A DNA stretch of 64,000 bases from Eledone cirrhosa (lineage: Eukaryota): NCBI GenBank assembly GCA_964016885.1, contig OZ024755.1:8246001-8310000 (forward strand). The letters are read 5' to 3'. Shown piece after piece: positions 42,560 through 55,450 of this stretch (within the stretch, counting starts at the first letter, position 1; each line of letters begins with the position of its first letter). Position numbers and translations under genes: made by a program. The notes under the pieces were generated by a model. It was not told the origin of the DNA. It made no database searches and saw only the letters and a program-made list of their open reading frames with translations.

Positions 42560-42563
<4 letters not shown>
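42392..42563 (+). mobile_element. Dispersed repeat fragment, probably a SINE 3' region, ending at (TA)n
   Basis: GC-richer segment sharing TTGGACAACAT..GTGGCGTG.GGTG with 18555-18625. Confidence 0.55.
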
Positions 42564-42603
<40 letters not shown>

Positions 42604-42608
<5 letters not shown>

Positions 42609-42721
42609 AAAAAGCTTAACTCCGACGGCAGAGCTCAAGCCTTTTAGACGGGTATTCCTGGACTATTTTTGTGTACTCTCGTGCGTTATGGTCCATCTGG
42701 TTCATTACCACACTTCCTTCG

Positions 42722-42724
<3 letters not shown>
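42604..42724. mobile_element. Repeat family X, two pieces joined in opposite orientation
   Basis: 42604-42668 is a reverse-complement match to ~8323-8385 whereas 42671-42724 is a direct match to ~8410-8463; (TA)n on both sides. Confidence 0.72.
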
Positions 42725-42766
<42 letters not shown>

Positions 42767-42768
<2 letters not shown>

Positions 42769-42932
42769 AATAACAGTTAAAGCAAAGAATCGCTGCTTTC
42801 ACCCCTAACGGAAGATTCCGTTAAAAGTGAAAGCAGCGATTTCTTTGCTTTAACTTTAATCTGTTATTTTAATAAATATTTGGTCTATCGAGCCCTCTTT
42901 GGATTTTAGTCTTCACATATATTATTATTACT
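42767..42932. mobile_element. (TA)n-associated repeat family Y with hairpin 42775-42855
   Basis: AGTTAAAGCAAAGAATCGCTGCTTTCAC...GTGAAAGCAGCGATTTCTTTGCTTTAACT with inner TAACGGAA/TTCCGTTA stem; related piece at 48201-48288. Confidence 0.72.
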
Positions 42933-45288
42933 ATATATATTGTACATTATGCTGTGCAAAGTAATCGAACTGCTTAACTACACAGCCACACCAGTTTTCA
43001 TGTTCATCGTTATTACATCAGCTTTTAGCTGTTGGCTATTGATTAAGAAAAACAAACAGTTAAACAAACAAAAAACCCAATGGACTTTTGTTGGTCTAGC
43101 CTAGAGTTTATGATTACGCTATTTAGTTATTCAATGTGTATATAACATTCCAATGAATTACTACTATATACATTAGATCACAGAAATTATTTTTTCTTAT
43201 ATAAAAATACTCTTTATTATTGAATATATGTAAATGAATGTACTATAATTTATTCTAAGATAGTTTAAGTTTCCTTTATTGGGTGGTTTTTGCATCGTGA
43301 GTCTCATTTATCCTTTCTTAAAGCAGTCTGTAAATATGAGCATGAAGAGAATTCAAAAATATATACAAATATATACCCTCTCTCGCTGCAGTTGCTACTT
43401 ACTTGGTGGTGCAAACGTTAAGCTAACGAGGTGTGTTCAAAGTTAAGATCAAAGTTATATATTTAAGAGACCCTCAAGCACCTTGTTATTTATTCTCTAC
43501 TCAATAGTATCGACATTTTTCACACAGTGTAAAATCATGTTATAATGTTATACTACATTTCAATCCCCGTAATGTGCAGATGTGTATTCTTATTTATTAC
43601 ACCAGTGTGGCCAACTTCAAAGTAATATATCGAGGCTGTAAACACGAAAAAACAATAAATTTCTGTTGCAAAAGGTGAAGAAAATATGTGATTATAGAGA
43701 AACGCTAAACAAGAGTGTCGTTTAGATACGTGACTTACATAATAATACGAAACTATATTTCTTTAGTTATGAAGAAAGTAGGAATTATAAAAACAAAAAT
43801 AAAGCTATTCACAAATGATTTAAGTCTTTGTCTGATTTTAATGAGATAGAATAATAAACAATAAAAAAACTAAGAATTGCAATTTATTCAAGCAACTTAA
43901 AAGAAAGCAATATTTTAGAAGCAAGTTAATCTACAGAGAGAATGAGACTGGCATCGTTGTTTCAAGAAGCTGCACGGCATGTTTGCACGATATCAAAATT
44001 ATTATCAAAATTGAAAGAGTAATTCGTATATTTAAGTTTCTGATACGTATTTTATAGATATAGTTTCCATTCTAATCTCACATTGTATATCAGGTTTATA
44101 ATTACTTTTCCAATTTCAGGGAATATTAAAATTGTATGGCCACATTTCGTAAACTTTCTGTATGTGTGTATGTGTTTATATACATTCATATATACGAGAA
44201 GGCTGATCAATCGCGTCTGCTGCATATCACATCTGTATATTAAAATAATTTCCCTTTCGACAGTGGCATTTTCAGTTCGCTGAGCTATTCTTTATAATCT
44301 AAGCTGTATATATACATCAGTATTTAAAAGTATATATGGTCATATGGCAATTCTCTTTTAAGCCACATATCGACTCGCGTAATCCTTTCACATTTGCGAC
44401 ACTTAAAGCCATCCGCTGTCATGAAAATATAGTTGTCACCCATTTCTTGAACGTTATGACCTATGACTTCCCTGCTGGTTTCTATAGTTTTTAGCATGCG
44501 GAATGGAACTGCAGCTCGGCTGAGTATCTTCAAAGAAGTCTTTTTGAACTGATGTGATTGTGTACATTCTGTTCAACACTAGCATTGCTAACTTTCCATT
44601 ATATATAAAAGTGATAAAGTCAACACTAACTGGCCATTGAGTGACTTTAATGGAGTCCATTCTGTTGGAAGCTACCTGGCCAGATCTTTTGCCTGATAAT
44701 GTCTTAATTTTTTAGCCTACTTTTGGCTGTTGTGACGATGGGTGTTTTGATGATTCCGAGAGTGGTTGTTGTGATTTTTCTGACGATGTATATTGTGATG
44801 GTTTGCTTTGTGATTAATTGACGGTAGTTATTATGATTCTTAAAATAATTATTTACTTATTAAACAGCTTCAATCCAAATGACTCTAATATAAATTGCCA
44901 GCCTTGCAAGAACCAAAATTAAAGTTCGACATCGGCTCGATTTGAACCCAGATATTTTTGTGCCTTTCAGGTACGTCGATTGACTAAGGCAATACCTGCA
45001 GTGCATTTGAAGGAATGTAAGAAATGATATGCTTTCTCAACAACAATTGACCTTGTGCCAAAATATAAAACTATTATTAATATTGTATCATGGGCTTTAA
45101 ATTACAAGAATTTAGCATTGAGGAGAAATTGTCTATTTTGTTGAGCTAAACTGGAATTACAGGTCAGGGGAGATAATAATATATCTTGATTACTTTGATC
45201 GATATCAGGCAACATGTCAAGTCTACAATTTAATGAGGAGATCAATCAGAGTTAATGCAAGAACTATCGTTTACTGTTGTGGCTACAG

Positions 45289-45383
<95 letters not shown>

Positions 45384-45598
45384 ATGTGTGTGTATATAAA
45401 TATAAACACACATAGCAAAATAGCAGTTATAAAATGGATATTGACTATGAAGATAATATGACAATCATGAATATAATGATTGTTAGTATTATTAGTACTA
45501 TAATTTAGATTATAAGAAAAGGGGCTGAGGTGGTGAAAATAAAAGGCTCCATAATTGGGAGAAAGGTGAAAATAAATTAGTACTAAAGATTGATATTT

Positions 45599-45989
<391 letters not shown>

Positions 45990-46038
45990 GGACAGGTTGT
46001 ACTGGGATACATGTTACCAGTAGCACCAACTGATGACC
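45990..46038 (-). mobile_element. 49-bp 5'-terminal fragment of the RTE-derived element
   Basis: Reverse complement of 46111-46159. Confidence 0.88.
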
Positions 46039-46067
46039 ATACATATATATATATGTATGTATGTATG

Positions 46068-46110
<43 letters not shown>

Positions 46111-46112
<2 letters not shown>

Positions 46113-46714
46113 TCATCAGTTGGTGCTACTGGTAACATGTATCCCAGTACAACCTGTCCCTTGGTCGGGTCGTTGGCGACTAAACTGGCAATCCCATCAA
46201 GGTTTCTTGGTGAGGAGGGTGACTTTGGACATCCTGCAGGACTAAAAACAAAACGTGTCAAAGGGCAAAGGAGCTCTTAAGAGTCAATGGCCATCCAAAA
46301 TCACCGGAAGAGATGACCCCTTAGCCTTTGTCAAGGCAGATTTCTAGGAGAAGCAAAACTCTGATAAAACACCTGCAACCCTGATGGTATCCAATGATGT
46401 TGACTTGTTCTTCTTTTTGGTAAATATCATCTTGGTTAAGAGAGTGGGACTGGCTTTGTGCAGTGCCTTTGCTCACTATAAAAGCTTCACGGCACAGGCA
46501 TTGCTTTATATCTGGAGATCTCTCTGCCCTTGTCGTCACATGGTATCATGGGACCAGCTCTATGTGTCAATAATTGTCACAAGTGTAGTGTTTGTACCAG
46601 AGTTTTCAAGTCGCTGGCTGGACTAAATAGTCACACTCGTTCAGCCCATCGGTAGAGGTTCTCCTACATGGATATAAAGTAGTGGCCGTACTCGACAACG
46701 AGTTGGCAGCCACC
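46111..46714 (+). mobile_element. Non-autonomous RTE-derived element, copy 2 (604 bp), inserted in (TA)n
   Basis: AAGGCAGATTTCTAGGAGAAGCAAAACTCTGA and GTCGTTGGCGACTAA resemble RTE 5'-region motifs (from recall); terminal C2H2 finger and stop; ACTCG-N4-CGAGT hairpin just before the (AT)n tail. Confidence 0.88.
46548..46655 (+). CDS. 35-aa C2H2 zinc-finger micro-ORF in the element (remnant of an RTE ORF C-terminus; expression unknown)
   Basis: [35 protein letters not shown]; same length and frame as 41200-41307. Confidence 0.4.
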   Translation: MGPALCVNNCHKCSVCTRVFKSLAGLNSHTRSAHR

Positions 46715-46715
46715 A

Positions 46716-46759
<44 letters not shown>

Positions 46760-46766
46760 TATGTAT

Positions 46767-46917
46767 GGTCATCAGTTGGTGTTACTGGTAACATGTATCC
46801 CAGTACAACCTGTCCCATGGTCGGGTCGTTGGCGACTGAACTGGCAACGACAAGGGCAGAGAGATCTCCAGATATAAAGCAATGCCTGTGCCGTACTCGA
46901 AAACGAGTTGGCAGCCA

Positions 46918-46919
<2 letters not shown>
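46767..46919 (+). mobile_element. 153-bp internally deleted and inverted derivative of the RTE-derived element
   Basis: 5' 82 nt, then a 48-bp internal segment in reverse orientation (matches 46489-46536), then the last ~30 nt; microsatellite on both sides. Confidence 0.88.
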
Positions 46920-46984
<65 letters not shown>

Positions 46985-47174
46985 CATCCAATAGATTTAT
47001 ATATTTCTCATAAATAATTGTAATTCTAGATACATACATATTTGAGAATGTGTGCACTGAACAGGAATGTCTCTTTAGATTCTTCCCCCTGTAAACTGGT
47101 TTGAGAGTGATCTGTTGCAATCCCTTGAACTTGCTAAAGGATATGTGAAAGATATCACTATTTTACAGTGGTTA

Positions 47175-47350
47175 GGCAGTATCGGAAGAGGGTCGGACGC
47201 CATGCTTTGCAGCAGAGAGTTACGGCCCTTTATGGTCTGAGTTCAAATACCCACCGAGGTTAACTTTGCCTTTCATCCTTGCGGGCCCGATAAAATAAAG
47301 TACCAGTAATGCACTGGGATAATTTCTGGCCAAAAGTAGAGATAATTATT
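47175..47350 (+). mobile_element. SINE family A
   Basis: GGCAGTATCGGAAGAGGGTCGGACGCC, GAGTTCAAATAC, GCCTTTCATCCTTGCGGGCCCGATAAAATAAAGTACCAGT; flanks TATTTTACAG and TATTTTGCAG. Confidence 0.9.
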
Positions 47351-48109
47351 TTGCAGGGTCTCGAAAACCCCGAGGTTTGATTTGAAATCAGTACGCTCAA
47401 ATCCCAAATAGAAAATTGCAAAGTATCTCACACGTCGCTCTATCATTACGCAGTCCTCCACAGTAAGATTGTTATGGTTGCTATTCTATACTTTGTATAT
47501 GTCGTGTTTGATTATCTACTTGTTGCAGTGATATATATTTTTCTACTGATAATGTTTGGCTCTGCCTGCCACCCCTTCTCTCTTTCACAAAGATCAAACA
47601 CAAATAGATAAATAAAATAAATTTATTCAAAAGTATAAAGCACGTCTGAATAGACTTTAACTTCCCGAATACATACGTAACATTCTTCCCCTTGTTAATG
47701 GAAATATTAACATTATTATTATTGCCATTGGTGTTGATATTATTATTGTTATCGCATGGCCATCTTTACCCAACAGGAGAAGGGAATATAATCGCTATTG
47801 CCACAGGACACACACATATAACACCACCCACATACCACGCCATACACACCCCACACTACACACATACCACACTACACACATACAACACCACATACATACC
47901 ACACCAGACACACACTACACCACATACATACCACACACACACGCATTCACTCACTATTAAATCTTATAACTACTATCCAGTCCTAGCTAAACGTATTAAA
48001 AAAAAGCCTGGCCCCACGATGAAATGCAGCTAGATGGAACGACCAGGCCGAATATTTGAAATTACAACCACATTTCTTTCCACAACATACACACATTTAC
48101 ATACATGCA

Positions 48110-48146
<37 letters not shown>

Positions 48147-48200
48147 AGACACACACATACACACTCACACACACACACGCACACACACATATATATATAT

Positions 48201-48281
48201 AGTAAAAATAATAAATGTGAAGACTGAAATCAAAGGAGGGTTTGATAAGCAGCGATTCTTTGCTTAAACTGTAATCTGTTA

Positions 48282-48288
<7 letters not shown>
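48201..48288. mobile_element. Repeat family Y, two pieces joined in opposite orientation
   Basis: 48201-48247 is a reverse-complement match to ~42885-42931 and 48248-48288 a direct match to ~42832-42873; (TA)n on both sides. Confidence 0.7.
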
Positions 48289-48347
<59 letters not shown>

Positions 48348-48694
48348 CCTGCCCACATATCCACTTCTACATACATAACTGTTGCGTATTAGCACCTAAA
48401 TGGAGTAAACGGTAAAATGAAAGATGAAGGAACGTTGGAAGTGTATGGAAGAAATTATCAAAAGAGAGAATGTAAATTATTTCCAATGAAAACATTTACA
48501 TAGAAGCATTCCATATCACATATATTAAACACCTTCAAATGTAGGATTTCTAAGAATCAAAATGTGTTTATATATATATAAACACACACACACATGTATA
48601 TAAGTATATATATAAATATTTATATATACATACACACATATTTGTAAGTATATGTTATATATATATATATACATATATAAACACACACACACAC

Positions 48695-48753
<59 letters not shown>

Positions 48754-49175
48754 GTATATATATATATATATATATACATGTTTATATATATATATATATG
48801 TATACACACACATAGAGTCTATATATGCATATATATACTCTATTTAATATTATTACACATGTCTGATTGCTTCCATGTACTTTTATAAAATAATTTGCGC
48901 AATATGCAAGAAAATTAAAGTTGCAAATTTGTTATGAATAAAATTACGTTCTTTACATGAAAATGAATATCATATCGACATATATCTATGTAAGTACATA
49001 TGTGTGTATGTCTGTATGAATGTATTAATGTATATATATGTTTGAAGTTATACATATGTATTCATATATCTTAACGTATATATTACAGTTGTAACTCTTT
49101 AACCGATTACATATATACACTCATGTGAGTATATGTTCCACATACGTCTATATTTGTGCCTGCACACACCACACA

Positions 49176-49309
<134 letters not shown>

Positions 49310-49990
49310 TATACATATGTGTGTGTGCTTGTGTGTCTGTATGTATATATATTCCCTACACACACATTCACTCACACTCGTATGTGTGTGAGTAAATATA
49401 GCTTTGAGAATATGTATATATATATATATATATATATGAAAAACATGGGGAGAAGAATACTGCATGGTTGCACATGGAATACATATTATAAAATTAGTCC
49501 CTCATCAGTGATTTGCCAACGATCATTGGTATTTCATCGCATTAAAAATCATATACCTCAGGTTGGTGCGAGCAATAACTAAAATAAGCTATTGGGACAA
49601 GTGAAACGCGTAAAGCGAGTGAGACAAGTAAACAACATATATATGTATATATATATATACATATCTGTGTGTAAATCGGAATGGGATATATGGTGGGGAG
49701 ATATATGCATGACATATAAGTATCTATCTCTATATCTTTCTATCTATCTATCAATCTTTATATCGATGAATGTGCGTGTAAGACATAATGTGAACGTGTG
49801 TCTGTGAGCATGAATGTATATATTTGTGTTTATTGTGAAATCGACCACATCATTGTAGAATATTAAAATATACTACAATAATCCAAACTAGATTTCATTA
49901 TTGATTCTTCAAATATATCAGTTCTTGTTATATATCGCATTGATTAGCCCTATTTGTGGAATTGTTTGCTTCTGATGATGCCTGTGTATG

Positions 49991-50022
<32 letters not shown>

Positions 50023-50276
50023 TACTTAGACTCACACACAAAAATATATAGTGCATTATATATGCATTCAAAGGAAGAGAGTGAGATCTACAAAAGGTAT
50101 AGATATGTAGAAAAATGTATATACTAGTACATATGCATACACATACTAACATATGTATGTATAAAATGTATGTAAATGTATTATATTGTCAGTATCTATA
50201 TATCTATATATCATACGTGTTAGACTTTGTAATAACAATAGCGTCATCTATGATTTAAACAGGTGTACCTCAGTCT

Positions 50277-50350
<74 letters not shown>

Positions 50351-50528
50351 CGTATATGTGTGTGTCGGTATATATGTGTATATTCAATCTATGACTACAG
50401 ACTTATATATGCGCCTGTTGATTTATGAGTTCAGACGTATATATGTATATATACATGTGTGTATATATACATGTATATTTATATATGTATATATAAATTA
50501 ATAAATATATCCATATTCATGCATATAT

Positions 50529-50615
<87 letters not shown>

Positions 50616-50934
50616 TGCATATATACATATCTTTATAGACAAGCATATATATAAGTAAATATGTTTCTGTATATGTGTATCTCCACGCAGACATACCCAC
50701 ACATTGACGTGTGTTTGATTGTACGAACATATATCTTTTTATCCATGTAATTAAAGCTATTCTATTCGAGTAGAAATCTGCAAAAATCAAGCTGTACATA
50801 CAAATCTTGAGATGTAATTTGACTTACATGAAACGTTTCATCTCATCTGCCAATGTAAGCATATACTTTCTCTCTCTCTCTGTAGGTGTCATACCCTCCC
50901 GCTTTTTTCCTACATTATACACACATACACACGA

Positions 50935-51462
<528 letters not shown>

Positions 51463-52144
51463 TAAATGCCATCACTACTTCACTCCAGGCCTTCGACCTA
51501 ACTGAGTTGAGTTTTCAAGTAAGAAATTGATAAATGTATTTATTATTTCATCTTAGTTATAATAAGGTTAATTATAATATAATCACAGGGTGACGTTAAC
51601 ACATGTCCTCAAGCACAAACATACGCTTACACTAAATCTTACATAAAAACAAAGTCACTTGTGATCTTCAACGCTCGTGTGCGCGTGCGTGGTGAGGACT
51701 GCGGTATTATTCTTTGTCAACTAATTGGTCATTGTTACGATATTCGTTCAATAGTAGTTAATGTGACTAACACCATTACACTCAATGTACTTCTTTATGA
51801 TATAGAGATACACCAGTGACTTTTACGTGACAATCAAGGGTTAAGAAGTTCACTTCGTAATCATGTGGTCCCCAATTAGATACCATATGGGCATATCTGC
51901 GATTGAAACTGACTAGGTGCAAATGTGAAAATTTGTCGATTTGGTTTCTACCTATACCTAGTATATATGAGCTGTGATCAAACAATTAAATATTAATAAT
52001 CGAAAGTGAGGGACGGTCTACATTATCTGATATACTCTCCATAAGGTATTTGTAATTAGGCAGTTGTAGCAGCGTTCGATACTGCAGTGACCCAACGACC
52101 TCAAAAGGTTTAATGAATCATGATAATATCCTGGCAGGAACAGA

Positions 52145-52332
52145 CAATACTTGTTTCTACTTTTGGCACAAGGTCAGCTATTACCCAGTGTATAACTGGT
52201 GCTTTATCTCATCGACCCCGTAAGGATGAAAGGCAAATTTAAGCGGCGGGATCTGAACACAGAATGGAAAGGGCCGTAACTCTATGCGTCCAAGCATGGC
52301 GTCCGACCCTCTACTGATATTGCCAATCCACA
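52145..52332 (-). mobile_element. SINE family A
   Basis: ATCGACCCCGTAAGGATGAAAGGC...AAGCATGGCGTCCGACCCTCTACTGATATTGCCAATCCAC. Confidence 0.9.
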
Positions 52333-53659
52333 CAATAATAGCAATTACTTTGGTCCACTCAAATCCTCTTTCTAATGTGTGTTATGTTTGTCCCTGCTTC
52401 AATTTTTGTATTTATGTTCAAGTTAAAACATTTTTACTCAACTAATATACTACTTTTACAGAGCTAAATTGATTGCTTAAATATTTCTGAAATTGTATAT
52501 TCACACAGTCTTGGACTTGAATATATTATTTCGTAATTATACACGCCTGTGTGTGTGTGTTTGTGTTAATTTTCTTCTTTTGCTTCTGTTTAAATTCTGC
52601 ATAGTTATATAAACTCGAGTGTTCCTAATTTCCTAATATATTCTTCATTTATTCAAAATGATGGTAATTTAAATCGTCGTTTCCATTCTTCGTTTGCAAG
52701 TAAACATATTGATCTACCAATCACTAATTTGACGTAGATTCATTATTTCTAAGATTTACATCCTCGATAATATTTATCCAACTTGCTATATTTTGAGTCA
52801 AGCAATGTCTCATGAGGCTAATAATATACAATTATTGTAATTCATTGTAATTATCATACAATTAGTCTGTAGCTACGCAAGGGGGATATTTATACAGTAC
52901 GGACGTCTGAGTCACGGAGGATTTCTCAATTTTGTCGTTATTAAAATGGTACACAGAGAATATAATTATTTCACCATTAGAAACAAATATCGTTGATCCT
53001 CCGTTGATTAAAGAATTCGTAATACTGGTCTCTGTTACATTATGGATGTTTGTTAAACTAAAATGAATGGTAAGATAATAACTCATTAGACATTGTTGAC
53101 ATTAAATAGGATTCTAATAGATTTGTCTATTTGCCATGACTGAGTTGGAGATCAGTTTTTGAAGAGAAAAATATAATCGACTTAATATTTCACAGCGTGT
53201 CACCAATATCAATCATGATTATATATTTCATAATATATCATGAGCATATTCCTATATTATAAAATAGCAATTAATAATATCATTATGTACTTTAATTTCA
53301 TATAATATTAGTCATTATGATACAACTGTATTTACGTATTGTTTCAAACATACCCTCATATAGAATCAGTATTACATTAATTGAAAATATTCTGCTCAAT
53401 GTTTACAACGGTCATAGTTTGCTCCTCTATTTTAAATGCGCTTGTAATTGCTGCTCCATCCAAGATGGTTATATTTTGTTGATTAAATTTAAATGTGAAT
53501 CATTCTTTTGACGTGTTCCACGTAGTACCATATCCTTATGATCCTACATAGAAAACGTACTTGTTTTCTGCACTTGCAGTAGAATTTAGGGACTTGGAAT
53601 CTTAGCAAATTTCTTCGAATAATTTTGCTGCAACAACCAAAACACGAATATCGTCTTAT

Positions 53660-53885
53660 GTGTTGGAAATGAAGTGGGTAAAAATGACTAGGTTCTAGAG
53701 ACCACAATCATCCCGATACCCCATTGAGACATAATCATCATGGCAGACCTTCAAGGACCACGGAGATGTTGATAGAGATGTCTGGGAAAATAGTATTGGA
53801 ACTTTTGGGATAGGTGATGTTGAATGAGTGATTTACGTCTGCGTGAGGAATCCACAGAGTATTACGAACACCTTGTTCGACTTCG
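53660..53885 (+). pseudogene. Decayed LINE apurinic-like endonuclease domain (RTE-like)
   Basis: With frameshifts and stops reads DIIIMADL, GDVDRDVWENSIGTFGIGDVE* and ITNTLF; fits the RTE endonuclease pattern IIMGDFNA.VG....W...IG.FG.G..N...ITNT.F. Confidence 0.75.
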
Positions 53886-54860
53886 CTGTCCAAAAACATT
53901 ACGAGATTTATCTGGACGACAGTTTATGCCTAACACACACTGAGTAAATACCATTCAATTACACTAATGAAAGACACTGTCTATGATTTTCAAATAAGTT
54001 TTAAGACAATCATGAATTTAAAGGGATTACTAACATAATTAATGTTATAATTTTGATCTGGTGTTAGGAACTTAAAATATATTAAATTAAATTATGATGG
54101 AAACATTTATATAAATCGAAACACTTTAAAATAAAAAGCTATGTATCTGATAAGCAGGGGTTGTTTGGTAGCAAACGAGTTAAAACGAATAAGTATCTCA
54201 TATAAGTTTTGATAGTAACAAACTTATTTATAATGTGTATGAGAACAGTGAGTTCATTCAATCAAGTTAGCGTAGGTTTGAAAAAAAAGGGAATGTATAT
54301 ATTCAGTGACAATAAAAGAAAAAAAAGTAATTTCTGGGCATGTTTGACTCCCTCTCTAACGTTGTAAGGAAATATATCTCACCTATTTACAAGTTAACTT
54401 AACTTAATCCTTGACTATGTCATTAATAGAATCTATACACAATACAATTTACTTAGAAACTACAGACGGTAAAACCTCAATAATATCCGTTGGCGTTTAA
54501 CCCAAATAAATAAGAATATGAAATTATTGTTATAATAAAATTAAGGAGTCACGTGTTTACTTTGTTTTGCATTAAACAACCAAACATTATTTCTATGTCA
54601 ATACGCACAGAGCATTTAATTAATTAATGTTTATTTTGCCACAGCCACACAGATGGCTGTTTTCAATATTATGTTTTTCACTTATGTTCAATAATAAAAT
54701 AATAATATAAAAAACGGCATCACTATATAAAGAAACTCGTATTGCCAATGTATTTAACGGAAGGAAGAAACATATTAAATCTTTCTTCATTATACATCAG
54801 GAGTTTGGTTACCTTAAGTGCATTAGTAGATAGAATACCTGCTATTTTCTGTAGTAAATA

Positions 54861-54956
54861 TATTTATATTATTAAAGTAGATTAAATGGTGGTATTTATA
54901 TTATTAAAGTAGATTAAATGGTGGTATTTATATTATTAAAGTAGATTAAATGGTGG
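54861..54956. repeat. Three perfect tandem copies of a 32-bp unit
   Basis: TATTTATATTATTAAAGTAGATTAAATGGTGG x3, running into a diverged family A SINE head at ~54955-55040. Confidence 0.95.
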
Positions 54957-55089
54957 TAGATTAGCAGTCGGTAGAGTGTCGGACATGCTTCGTGGTTTAG
55001 AGTTACCGACTTTGTATGTTATAAGTTGAAATTCCACCCTTTAATTATATCTTAATATAGATACCTCGCCTTTGGTGAATATAGTCTTG

Positions 55090-55450
55090 ACCAGGAGACG
55101 TTGATGTCACCAGACGTCATCCAGTGTCTATCGGCTGTTTCGACTCATACAGTAACACCCTCTCGTATGTGGTTTGGCAATAGTGGACAAATCATTACCC
55201 ATCTTTTCTTCCTAGTGTCCAGCTTTTCTCATCTCCCCTTCTTCATAACCAACTAAACGTTTTTTCTGCTGTCGCCTCATCCTGCAAGCTGCAGTTGTCT
55301 TCATTCTTCCTGCCATTCCAATGGCAGCGAGTACTTCCTATATGCATTGATTGACCCGGGAATACTCTACAGCCCACCTGAGCTGGAAAAACCCATGACT
55401 GACACATTTTCTCCCTGCATTCCTGCGCCTCTACAATATTGATTTAGTTG
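55090..55450 (-). pseudogene. Decayed 3' end of a restriction-like-endonuclease non-LTR retrotransposon (Hero-like)
   Basis: Minus strand reads EAQECREKMCQSWVFPAQVGCRVFPGQSM, then after frameshifts VLAAIGMAGRMKTTAACRM and FSWL*RRGDEKSW; resembles the Hero-clade C-terminus ECR..GW....PVEVGCRGF..QS...L...G..G......AE.AS.WLW.RR. Confidence 0.72.

Noticed and set aside
50806-50840. Hammerhead-like CTTGAG-ATGTAA-loop-TTACAT-GAAACGTTTC, and GAAACGCGTA at ~49603
   Set aside because: The cores are broken and there is no second copy in the window; could be Penelope relics or chance.
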